A DNA stretch of 25,125 nt from Octopus sinensis (taxonomy: Eukaryota), in NCBI RefSeq assembly GCF_006345805.1, contig NW_021836119.1, positions 1 through 25,125 of the forward strand. The letters run 5' to 3'. The notes beneath the pieces were generated by a model that saw only the letters and a list, made by a program, of their open reading frames with translations, did no database searches and was not told the origin of the DNA. The stretch's first letter is position 1; every line of letters starts with the position of its first letter. Shown one piece after another: positions 1 through 9,141 of the stretch. Both the position numbers and the translations under genes were made by a program.

Positions 1-323
1 ACAACGATGTTAATTATCAAAATGATGATGGAGTTGGAAATGATGATTATGATGACGATGACAATGTTGATGATGGTGATGATAATGATGATGGTGACAA
101 CGATGATAGTTATCAAAATGATGATGAAGATGGAATGATGAGGATGACAACAACGACAACGACGACGATGATGATGACAACGATGACAACTATCAAAATG
201 ATGATGAAGATGGACATGATGATAATGATGATGATGACGACGACGACAACGATGATAATTATCAAAATTATAATGAAGATGGTAATGATGATGGTGAAGT
301 TAATGATGATGATGATGATGATG

Positions 324-361
<38 letters not shown>

Positions 362-404
362 TTGATGATGATGATGATGATGATGATGTTGATGATGATG
401 ATGA

Positions 405-453
<49 letters not shown>

Positions 454-490
454 TTGATGATGATGTGGTGATGGTGACAATGATATCGAT
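1..490. repeat. (GAT/ATG)n degenerate trinucleotide microsatellite
   Basis: Continuous GAT/GAC/AAT-rich run, near-pure (GAT)n at about 300-460. Explains the ORFs at 113-529, 135-326 and 268-480. Confidence 0.97.
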
Positions 491-492
491 GA

Positions 493-965
493 TGTTTAAC
501 ATTTCGATAGAAGATCCATTTTTCGTCACCAGTCACAAGTCTATCCAAAAAGGCTGAAATGAGTTCGAGAGAATGGAGAGATGATGTCAACTCGGGATTT
601 GCGGTTACTTTCGGAAAATTCATGAGGCACCCATTTTCCAAGTTTAGGAACCGTTCCAAGTTGTTGAAGATGACAACGAACAGTTGTATGGTTTGAACTA
701 AGCTTTAGTACCAATTCTTCAACTGATAATGATGCCTCAAGGAGCTTATCATCAAACTCAACTGGACGTCCTGTTCGATCTTCATCTTCAAGGCTGAAAT
801 CTCCACTTCTGAATTTTGCAAACCATCATCTGCGAGTTCTTTCATTCAAGCATTCTTTCTTTCCCATAAACTGAGTGTATGTTTCGAGTTGCTTCGGCTA
901 CAGAGTTTCCTTTTTTTGTACTCATAAAGCATTATGTGCCTCCAAAATGCTTTGGATACTTCCAT
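493..965 (-). pseudogene. Mariner (DD34D-type) transposase pseudogene, N-terminal half, 3'-truncated
   Basis: Minus-strand translation from ATG at 965, across frameshifts and stops: MEVSKAFWRHIMLYEYKK/GNSVAEATRNIHSVYG...WFAKFRSGDFSLEDEDRTGRPVEFDDKLL...LGKWVPHEF (WVPHE at 633-619)...LVTGDEKWIFYRNVK. WVPHEL and TGDEKW are established mariner motifs. The sequence runs into (GAT)n just after the first catalytic D. Confidence 0.93.
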
Positions 966-1117
966 GTTAGAAAGGATTTTAATCAAAGAAATTTTAATTC
1001 TATTATTCTGTAGAATAATATTTAATTAGTTAAATGTACACAAATGCATAAAAATAATTTAATTCCATTAGACATTAAAATAAAATACTATAATTTCATT
1101 CAATTTTAAAAAAGGTA

Positions 1118-1149
1118 AATTCGGACAGAACTTATGGGATGACCTGATA
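1118..1149 (-). mobile_element. 5' terminal inverted repeat of the mariner element, with TA target site
   Basis: Reverse complement reads TA-TCAGGTCATCCCATAAGTTCTGTCCGAATTT, mariner-like, about 155 bp upstream of the transposase ATG. The partner TIR is not visible. Confidence 0.7.
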
Positions 1150-1464
1150 TTTGGGACGGTCATTTTTTTTATTACCATATAAACACACGCACAATATATT
1201 CGTTCTTCACTAATTTATTATTGTTCTTATTTTATGTGTCACATATTTTTCGTCACACATCTGTGACCCCTTCAGCGACTCTTCCACCCCACGTGCATCC
1301 TTCTGTTCTGTTTCAGGAAATCAGGTAGAGATCGCAGATGTGTGACGAAAGATTTCCAGACAATGGACATGCGATAAAATAAGAACAATAATAAGCGAGT
1401 GAAGAACGAATAGATAGTGCGTGTGTTTATTTGGCAATAAAAATAACGACCGTCCCGAAATATA
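1148..1464. mobile_element. Fold-back MITE with ~115-130 bp imperfect inverted arms
   Basis: Left arm 1148-1263 (TATTTGGGACGGTC...CGTCACACATCTG) is the reverse complement of right arm 1335-1464 (CAGATGTGTGACG...GACCGTCCCGAAATATA). TA-rich ends, no coding capacity. Confidence 0.85.
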
Positions 1465-1530
1465 ACAATATCTGCTTAAACACACGATTTCACATGAGGA
1501 ATCTTACAAAACAAATTCATAAATCTATCA

Positions 1531-1699
1531 CTCTTTTATTCTTTTACTCATTTCACTCATTTGACTGCGGCCATGCTGGAGCACCACATTAAGGAGTTTT
1601 AGTGCAAGAAATCGACGCCCGGACTTATTCTTTGTAAGCCTAGTACTTACTCTATCGGCCCCTTTTGTCGAACCGCTAGATATTATAGACATGTAAACC
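1531..1699 (-). mobile_element. S1 SINE, 3' half
   Basis: TTGACTGCGGCCATGCTGGAGCACC...AAGCCTAGTACTT...GAACCGCTA matches the other S1 copies at 7357-7548 and, as reverse complement, 22500-22697. Confidence 0.88.
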
Positions 1700-1796
1700 A
1701 TTTATTGTCCATAAATTTTAGCAAAAACTCATATATAGAACTCCAAAGGTCATATGGACCACTAAGGGCCGCATGGGCCCCGGTTGAGAAGCAGTG
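1700..1796 (-). mobile_element. hAT/Charlie-like MITE terminal fragment
   Basis: GGTTGAGAAGCAGTG (1782-1796) resembles the reverse complement of CAGTGGTTCTCAACC, with 2 mismatches. The adjacent sequence loosely resembles the left end of the element at 21476. Confidence 0.5.
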
Positions 1797-1949
1797 GGTT
1801 GAGTAATAATAACAAGGAGAGCAACAACAATGACAAGAAGCAATGATCGTATTGTTATTCCGGCTCCTTGAAAAACTCCATCGTAAACCACATGAATTGA
1901 TATAGCAATGGGCAGTCTTGATTTATCTGCTTCTGCTGATCAGGACTAC

Positions 1950-2886
1950 AACAACTGCTACAGTGTACAACGATCCAAAAACAACCACCACAACAAATAC
2001 CACTAATGCAGCCAATACTGTGAACGGTACACGCAGCCAACAGCCGACCTCTGCTCACCACCACCACCATAATCACAGCCCTATAGCAACTCCACTACCA
2101 ACTGCATTGGCGCCGCCACCGCCACAACCCTCCACACCATAACCACCCTATACACCACCACAAGCACCACCGCTACCGCTGCCACCACCGCCACCCCCAC
2201 CAACGCCGCCACTGCCGCCACTGCCGCCGCCAACAACACCACCACTGCCGCCGCCAACAACACCACCACTGCCGCCGCCGCCTCCGCTACCACCACCACA
2301 CCACCACCACCACCACCACCACCGCCGCCACCATCACTACCACCACCGCCACCACGACCACCACCTCACCTCCACCGCCACCACCGCTACCGCCAGGACC
2401 AGCCACTACCGCTACCGCCATCGACGCCACCACCCTCAACCACCAACCTGAACCCGCACCCGTACCACCACCACCACCACCACCACCACCACTACCGCCC
2501 GCCGCCTCTTTCACCACCATAGTTAACATAGCCAACTCGACTGCAACCAGAACTCGTGCCATCATTGTTGCAATCAACACCAACACAATTACAATTGCCA
2601 ATACAGCCACCACCACTACCTCAACCAACAACTGCCACCACAACCGCAACAAACGCAACTACAACCATGGCTACAACCAATACTAATACTACCACCACAA
2701 CTGTCGCCAGCATCACAACATCCAACACAACCACCTTAATTACAATAGCCAACACAAATCATCACCTCCTACCACCATCTCTAGCTCTAATCACACCACC
2801 ACTTCCGCTACGAACAGCCCCACATCCACCATCACCACCACCACCACCACCACCACAACCACCACCACCACCACAACCACCACCAA

Positions 2887-2934
<48 letters not shown>

Positions 2935-3465
2935 CCCAGTACCATCACTAGCCGTACCTCCACCAAAACCACCACTACCACCACCACCACCACCACCACC
3001 AATACCACCACCGCCACCGCCACCACCACCACCACCACCACCACTACCACCACTACCACCACCGCCACCGCCACCATAACCATCACCACGAATAACAACA
3101 ACAGCAACCTCGCCGTCGCCGCCACCACCACAACCACCACAACCACTTACCTTCATCACCCCCTCCACCATCTCTACAGAAACCACAACGATATCCAAAC
3201 ACCACCACCACTAACAATAACAACAGCAACAGCAACTCCGTTTCCGCCACCACAACCAAAGCCGCCACCACCTCCACCACCACCACCATAACCATCACCA
3301 CGATTAACAACAGCAAGCTCGCCGCCGCCACCACCACTATCACCACCGTCCCTGATGGCACCACCAGAACTCCACCACCGTCGCCGCCGCCACCACCAAG
3401 CCCCCTCTCCATCGCTGGCACCAACCAGAACGCCACCAAAACCGAATCGCACCACCAAAACGTCT
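1950..3465. repeat. Degenerate (CCA/CCG/ACA/CTA)n trinucleotide low-complexity tract
   Basis: CCA-dominated runs interspersed with CCG, CAA and CTA runs. Source of the poly-P/T/G/V ORFs. Confidence 0.95.
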
Positions 3466-3914
3466 CCATTTCGAAGTCAAATTACACGAATGCGCCTCCG
3501 TCGTTTCCGCAGCCATGTTGTTCTATCTCGCCTCAGTGTAAAGCCTGGATACTGTTACTTTTCGTGTTGGTTCGCTTTCCGACGAACCTGACCCCGAATC
3601 ATGGCACACAAGAAGTCTTGATAGGAGGAGGAGGAGGAGGAGGGGAGATTTGTTGACACTCAAAGGTCAAAACAACTCAACACTTCCTCCTCCTCCTCCT
3701 CCTCCCCTCTTCCCACTTCTCTCCCCCCTCTTCTTCTCCCTCTTTAACCTCTCTTTTTCTCTTTCCCTGTCTCCGTCTCTAAGCTTCTCTTGTACTTGAC
3801 TTAGTCACGTAGAACAGCCATCGTTTCCAATGTCGTTTCTATTTCGTTTACATACATCAGCCCACCTCTATTTTCTTTTCGTTTTCATTACCTTATGATC
3901 GACAGGATAGGATG

Positions 3915-4142
3915 TACTTCTGTCTGCCTGTCTGCCAGTCTGTCTATCTGTCTGTCGGTCTGTCAGTCTGTCCGTGAATCTGTCTGTGTAATTGCCAATG
4001 TTTTCTTTAGCACTTTTCCCGCTGTCTTCCTTTTCGCTCTCTTACTTGCTGTTTCGAAGCTTTTGTCTATTTGCATATCTATTTGTTTGCCTGTCTGTCG
4101 GTTTGTCTATCTTTCTGATAGTCTACCTATCAATCTGACCTC

Positions 4143-4226
<84 letters not shown>

Positions 4227-4350
4227 TTGCATGTCTGTCTGTTTGTCCGTCGGTCTCTTTGTCAGTGTGTCCGTCTTTCTATTAGTCTGTCCGTTGGTTC
4301 GCTTATTAGTCTATCAGTCTGTTTGTCTTTCTGCTTTCCAGTTTGTGCGT
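3915..4350. repeat. (TCTG)n/(TCTA)n tetranucleotide microsatellite
   Basis: Pure (TCTA)n at about 4145-4225 inside degenerate TCTG repeats. Confidence 0.93.
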
Positions 4351-4370
4351 TTGTTTATGTAAATGTGTTT

Positions 4371-4536
4371 ATAAGCGCAGGCGTGACTGTGTGGTAAGAA
4401 GCTTTCTTCCCAATCATATGATTCCGGGATCAGTCCCACTGCATGACACCTTGAGCAAGTGTCTCCTACTGTAGCCATTTGCCGATCAAAGCTTTGTGAA
4501 TGAATCTGGTTGGCGGAAACTGGAAGAAACCCATCG
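4371..4536 (+). mobile_element. S1 SINE, tRNA-derived head and CORE-like body
   Basis: ATAAGCGCAGGCGTGACTGTGTGG (A-box-like), GGGATCAGTCCC (degenerate B box) and CACCTTGAGCAAGTGTCT (resembles the CORE motif CCTTGGGCAAGT). Homologous to 22279-22447. Confidence 0.88.
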
Positions 4537-4551
4537 TGTATATATATATAT

Positions 4552-4843
4552 CTTATACACTCACACGCGCACCTTCGTTTTGAGATCATCACCACTTTAT
4601 TATCTCCCCTTCTCCCTAGCTCTCCTGTGTGACCCTTCTGTCCGACCTTCGCCATGATAGAACGCTAGCCTCTATACATTCTTTATTTTCTTTCTTTGTT
4701 TCTTTCTGTGTTCCTTTCTGTGGAAGAGCGCAGGCTCGAAACGTTAAAGACTTTTTCACTTCCCAAACGTTATACTAATACATCACTTTGTTGCCTATAC
4801 CACCTGTCTTCGTCTTTTGTTGTTTTGTGAATTCTTCCTGTAT
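4552..4843 (+). mobile_element. Penelope-like-element-derived non-autonomous repeat, copy 1
   Basis: About 250 bp, from TATTATCTCCCCTT to TTCCTGTATA, homologous to 8063-8350. Carries a CTG..GA/GAAACGT motif typical of Penelope-associated hammerheads. The family assignment is inference. Confidence 0.6.
4714..4749 (+). ncRNA. Minimal type I hammerhead-like ribozyme motif (A6U variant), copy 1
   Basis: CTTT-CTGTGGA-A-GAGC(GCAG)GCTC-GAAACGT-T-AAAG: helix I CTTT/AAAG, helix II GAGC/GCTC, loopless palindromic ACGT helix III. Activity is untested. Confidence 0.55.
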
Positions 4844-4896
4844 ACACACACACACGCACATATATATGTCTGTCTGTCTGTCTGTATGCATGTATG

Positions 4897-4950
<54 letters not shown>

Positions 4951-4992
4951 GATATGTATATAGATGTGTGTGTATGTGTGTGTTTGTATATG

Positions 4993-5645
4993 TACGAGGG
5001 TAAGTCAAGAATTATTCACACTTACACCATGACATATCTTTACTATTGTCACACTGCCTTCTGTGAATGCGTGCTTATTGTTGGTAATACTGAGGTCACG
5101 TGATCGAAGTTTGAGCCTGATCGCGCCATTTTTCTTTCTGGCTTTACAGTGCAAGCATGGCCGCTCCACTAGCAATGTGCACCAAAGATGAACAAAGAGC
5201 AGTGATCCGATTTTTTCCGGTCGGAAGTTGTGTCAGGTGCTGAAATTCATCGGTGGCTTTTCGCACAAATGGTTAATGGTTTCAACGGTCTGGGCAGCCG
5301 TGTGCGGGCGTGCATTGTCATGCAACAGCAAAACTTTCTTCGACAATAGGCTTCGGCGTTTGGTGCCAATTGTTGGCCGATAAAACACTGTATCTTGTAC
5401 TGTTGATCGTACACCCCTTTTCCAGCCCCTGATAACCTTCCGACCAGAGATCACTCCTCTTTGTTCTCCTTTGGTGCATATTGCTAGTGGAGCAGGAAAG
5501 CTTACACTGTAAAGCTAGAAGGAAAATGGCGCGATCATCACGCTCAAATTTCGATTACGTGAAGCACGCATGCGCAGAAAGCAATCTGACAATAATAAAG
5601 ATATGTTGTGGCGAAAGTGCGGATAATTTTTAACTTCCCCTCGTA
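4993..5645. mobile_element. Non-autonomous mariner derivative with two 5' ends, TIRs and TA duplication
   Basis: TA-CGAGGGTAAGTCAAGAATTATTCACACTT at 4993 and the reverse complement of TA-CGAGGGGAAGTTAAAAATTATCCGCACTT ending at 5645. The plus arm encodes MAAPLAMCTKDEQRAVIRF..SE..SGAEIHR from ATG 5157. The minus strand carries a second 5' end plus LLSKKVLLLHDNARPHTAAQTVETI (HDNARPH at 5322-5300). Confidence 0.92.
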
Positions 5646-5654
5646 TTTACTCCA

Positions 5655-5858
5655 AGCACCGCTTGAAAACCGGTATTGGTGTGTTTGCGTCCCCGTAACT
5701 TAGAAGTTCGGCAAATAGGACGAGAAAATAAGTACTAGGTTTTATGATAAAAAAATCGAAAGTTGTAGAGTTTGATAAGTTTCGATTACAATTCAAGGTG
5801 GTGCTCCAGCATGGTCGCAGTCAAATTATTGAAACAAGTTAAAAGATAAAAGATAAAA
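5655..5858 (+). mobile_element. S1 SINE, 3' half (partner of the head at 4371-4536)
   Basis: GCTTGAAAACCGG..GGTGTGTTTGCGTCCCCGTAACTTAG...GGTGCTCCAGCATGGTCGCAGTCAAAT, followed by an (AAAAGAT) tail. Confidence 0.85.
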
Positions 5859-5870
5859 TATATTAACAAA

Positions 5871-5995
5871 GCTGCGTAGCAAAAACGCTCGCTCCAGAGC
5901 TATGTTGATTCTGGTTCGATCCCATCGAGCGACACCTTGGGCAAGAGACCACGTGAGGGAAATTTGGTCGATGAGACTGTGTAGGGTCCCATCGA
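5871..5995 (+). mobile_element. Degenerate S1-type SINE head
   Basis: B-box-like GGTTCGATCCC followed by CACCTTGGGCAAG. Confidence 0.55.
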
Positions 5996-6103
5996 AAGGC
6001 GATTTCTCTTCATGATTAGGAGAGCTTAATCTATTGCCTGTCGGTTTGTTAATCTGTCTGTTTGTCCACCACCACCACCACCACCACCACCCCACCACCA
6101 CCA

Positions 6104-6334
6104 CCTATTTCTTTACTATCCACAAGGGGCTAAGCACAGAGGGAACAAACAAGGACAGACAAGTATTAAGTCGATTACATCGACCCCAGTGCGTAACTGG
6201 TACTTAATTTATCGATCTCGAAAGGATGAAGGGCAAAGTCGACCTCGGCGGAATTTGAACTTACAACGTAACGGCAGACGAAATACCGCAAAGCATTTCA
6301 CCCGGCGTGCTAACGTTTCTGCCAGCTCGCCGCC
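6104..6334 (-). mobile_element. S2 SINE, full-length solo copy with tail B
   Basis: Minus strand: GGCGGCGAGCTGGCAGAAACGTTAGC...AAGTTCAAATTCC (B box)...GTCGACTTTGCCCTTCATCC...TTGTGGATAGTAAAGAAATAGG. Confidence 0.93.
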
Positions 6335-6730
6335 ACCACCACCACTACCACCACCGGCAGCACCGCCACCACCACCAACTCCAGCTGGCCCTGAGTTGTT
6401 TTTAGAGGACATTGTTCTGTTGCAAACATTAGTGTCTGGTCCCCAACCAGATAATAACTTCCTTCCTTCGCTTCCCACAGTCTCAGAAGCCCTGTAAAAA
6501 CGGATCATTAATGGATGTTGTCGTTCCTGTTATAATTTAGACATAAAAAAACAAAATGGCTGTTATACCTGCTTCTGTGTCCAACTGCCTGACCAGCTGT
6601 TTGCCTGTTTTGTCTGTCTGTCTGTCTGCCTTATTGCCTTACAACCTGTCTGTATGTAGGTTGTCTGTCTGTCTGTATGTATGTAGGTATGTCTGTCTCT
6701 GAGAGTCAATATATTGGATATTTATTTTAA

Positions 6731-6893
6731 GGCGGCGAGCTGGCCGAATCGTTACCGCGTCTGTCTACGTTCTGAGTTCAAGTTCCACCGATGTCGACTT
6801 CGCCTTTCTTCTTTTTGAGGTCGATAAAATAAATACCAGTTGAGTACTGGGGTCGATGTAACTTCTGGCCTTGTAATAAAAATTGAAATCAAT
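6731..6893 (+). mobile_element. S2 SINE, internally deleted, older copy
   Basis: GGCGGCGAGCTGGCCGAATCGTT...GAGTTCAAGTTCC...GTCGATAAAATAAATACCAG...CTGGGGTCGATG. Confidence 0.85.
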
Positions 6894-7711
6894 ATAGTGG
6901 GTAGTTATCGCTTTTGCTGTAAGTTCCATGGGTACGCATCGATGATTTCATTGTGTGGTGCATCTCTTTCTCTTCAAATCAACAATGTGTAAATCCAGCG
7001 ATATTTGCTTAATATATCTTACAGATCAACCAGCCGATCAATAAAAAATACCCAGTTTCCTTGTCCTGTGTATTTGTGGAACCTTTTGGCAGCCATAAGA
7101 GAGCGAGACAACGTGAACTGTATAAACACACTTGTTATAAATAATTTCTAACTGCAGAACGAAACTCGAAGTAGATAAAGCTATGAAAAATCGCGTGTAA
7201 ATATTAGGTGAAAAAACAAAATCCGTTGGATGGTGTAGTGTGTGTTGTGGGGGGGGGGGAATCGAACGCTGCCTGTGGGACACGAACTCACATTTTCTTT
7301 ATACATGACAGACGTTCTATGATTGTACCAAAGCGAACTTTCGGATTATTGATAGTCTTACTCTTTTACTCTATACTCTTTTACTTGTTTCAGACATTTG
7401 ACTGCGGCCATGCTGGAGCACCGCCTTTAATCGAGCAATTCGACTCCGGGACTTATTCTTTTGTAAGCCCAGTACTTATTCTATCGGTCTCTTTTGCCGA
7501 ACCGCTAAGTAACGGGGACATAAAACAACCAGCAATCGGTTGTCAAGCAACACAGACACACACAACCACAGACACACACACCACACACACCAACACACAC
7601 ACTATATATATATTCCCTTCTCTCCCCCCTCTTCTCCCCCTCCCCCTCTTCTCCTCACTACACCACATGACTTTACACATCACATCACATATGATGTGCC
7701 ATACTAATTAC

Positions 7712-8030
7712 ACACCAACTAATACATACTAATACGTACTAATACATACTAGTACATACTAATACTTACACCAACCCTATACATACACACGTCCAGACCC
7801 CGCATACGCACTTATACTCTCTCACACACACACACACACACAACCTATACATACCAATACGTACTAATACATACTAATACATACTAATACATACACCAAC
7901 CCCATACATACGCACGTCCAGACCAATCTTACGCACTAATACTCTCTCATACACACACACCACACACATACACACACCCTTTACATACTAATACATACAC
8001 CAACCCTATACATACACACATCCAGACCCC
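7712..8030. repeat. Minisatellite, ~120-bp unit in about 2.5 copies, with (TACTAATACA)n sub-repeats
   Basis: ACACCAACCC(T/C)ATACATAC(A/G)CAC(G/A)TCCAGACC recurs at about 7770, 7890 and 7995. Confidence 0.85.
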
Positions 8031-8039
8031 TCCCACGTA

Positions 8040-8350
8040 CTTTTAGCTGGTCCCTCAACCCGTTTATCAACCCTATTATCTCCCCTTATTTCGCTCTCGC
8101 GTCTCATGTTTGATCTTTGACCTCTGGCCGAAATCAGATCGCCATGTTGATTCGTTAGCTACTGCACGCATTTTTTTCTCTCCTTCTTTCTGTGTTTTTC
8201 TCTCTCTGTGTATCTTTCTGTTGAAGAGCGTAGGCTCGAAACGTTAAAGACTTGTTTTATTTATATTTCCTGAGCGCCATACTAATACAATTGTTCGTTT
8301 GTTTTCCACCTGCCTTCGTCTTTTGTTTATTTTCATAAAGCTTCCCGTTA
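8040..8350 (+). mobile_element. Penelope-like-element-derived non-autonomous repeat, copy 2
   Basis: Homologous to 4598-4843 (TATTATCTCCCCTT...GAAGAGCGTAGGCTCGAAACGTTAAAGAC...CACCTG.CTTCGTCTTTTGTT). Confidence 0.6.
8213..8250 (+). ncRNA. Minimal type I hammerhead-like ribozyme motif (A6U variant), copy 2
   Basis: TCTTT-CTGTTGA-A-GAGC(GTAG)GCTC-GAAACGT-T-AAAGA: 5-bp helix I, 4-bp helix II, ACGT palindrome. Confidence 0.58.
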
Positions 8351-8357
8351 TATATAT

Positions 8358-8389
<32 letters not shown>

Positions 8390-8929
8390 ATATATATATA
8401 CATATATACGACGGACTTCTTTCAGTTTCCGTCTACCAAATCCACTCACAAGGCATTGGTCGGCCCGGGGCTATAGCAGAAGACACTTGCCTAAGATGCC
8501 ACGCAGTGGGACTGAACCCGGAACCATGTGGTTGGTTAGCAAGCTACTCCTATTCCGTAGAATATTTAACTGTCTGTTCAATAAGAAGTGGAGCACTTTG
8601 AAATGTTAATTATTGACAGTTATTTGCTACATGGTAAGTAATAAGCACCATCCTTTCTTCTATTGTTCTTTCGGCCGGTTAAGTTCCGTGGCTCTATAGA
8701 AAAAAAAGGACTCTTCGTTTTGTCCTCTCGATTGGAATTTGCGATTGCTCAAATTACTATAAAAAGCGAGGCTGTGTTTTTAATAGTTGACTCTCCTTTT
8801 CCACTAATGAGTACAATAAACGTTCGATTAATTAATTAATGTCTGGAGTAATTATAATTAGATATTTTATTGGAATATGTATGTGGATAGATGGTGTTGT
8901 TCTCCTCTCAATTTAGATATATGATTGCA

Positions 8930-9088
8930 CCCACGCGCGCGCACACACACATACACACGCAAGTACGCACATACATACAGGCACTCATGCACACATCTAC
9001 AAATATAAGCATAAAGAGTTATGTATAGTGCGTAGAGTTTTATTGCTAGTATATAAGTATGCATTTAATGTGCGTGTGCATGTGTGTG

Positions 9089-9140
<52 letters not shown>
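8930..9140. repeat. (CA)n/(TG)n microsatellite
   Basis: Near-pure (TG)n at about 9080-9139. Confidence 0.95.

Positions 9141-9141
<1 letters not shown>

Larger units (their letters stand above)
7357..8547 (-). mobile_element. S1 bipartite SINE (tail 7357-7548, head 8409-8547 lacking the A box) with an insertion in its spacer
   Basis: Both halves match 22279-22697 in reverse complement and are separated by CA/TA microsatellite plus the Penelope-like insert. Confidence 0.88.

Noticed and set aside
300-659. ORF 300-659 as an intact gene
   Set aside because: It is a frameshifted slice of the mariner pseudogene (VTGDEKW) reading into the (GAT)n tract.
1850-1945. Possible terminal exon on the minus strand (QKQINQDCPLLYQFMWFTMEFFKEPE*)
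   Set aside because: The acceptor is weak, other frames on both strands are comparably open, and I recognise no homology.
8561-8640. Plus-strand perfect donor ATG|GTAAGT at 8634 with a 14-nt or 73-nt upstream exon
   Set aside because: The 73-nt version has stops in all frames and the 14-nt version is too short to assess. An isolated splice motif is expected by chance.
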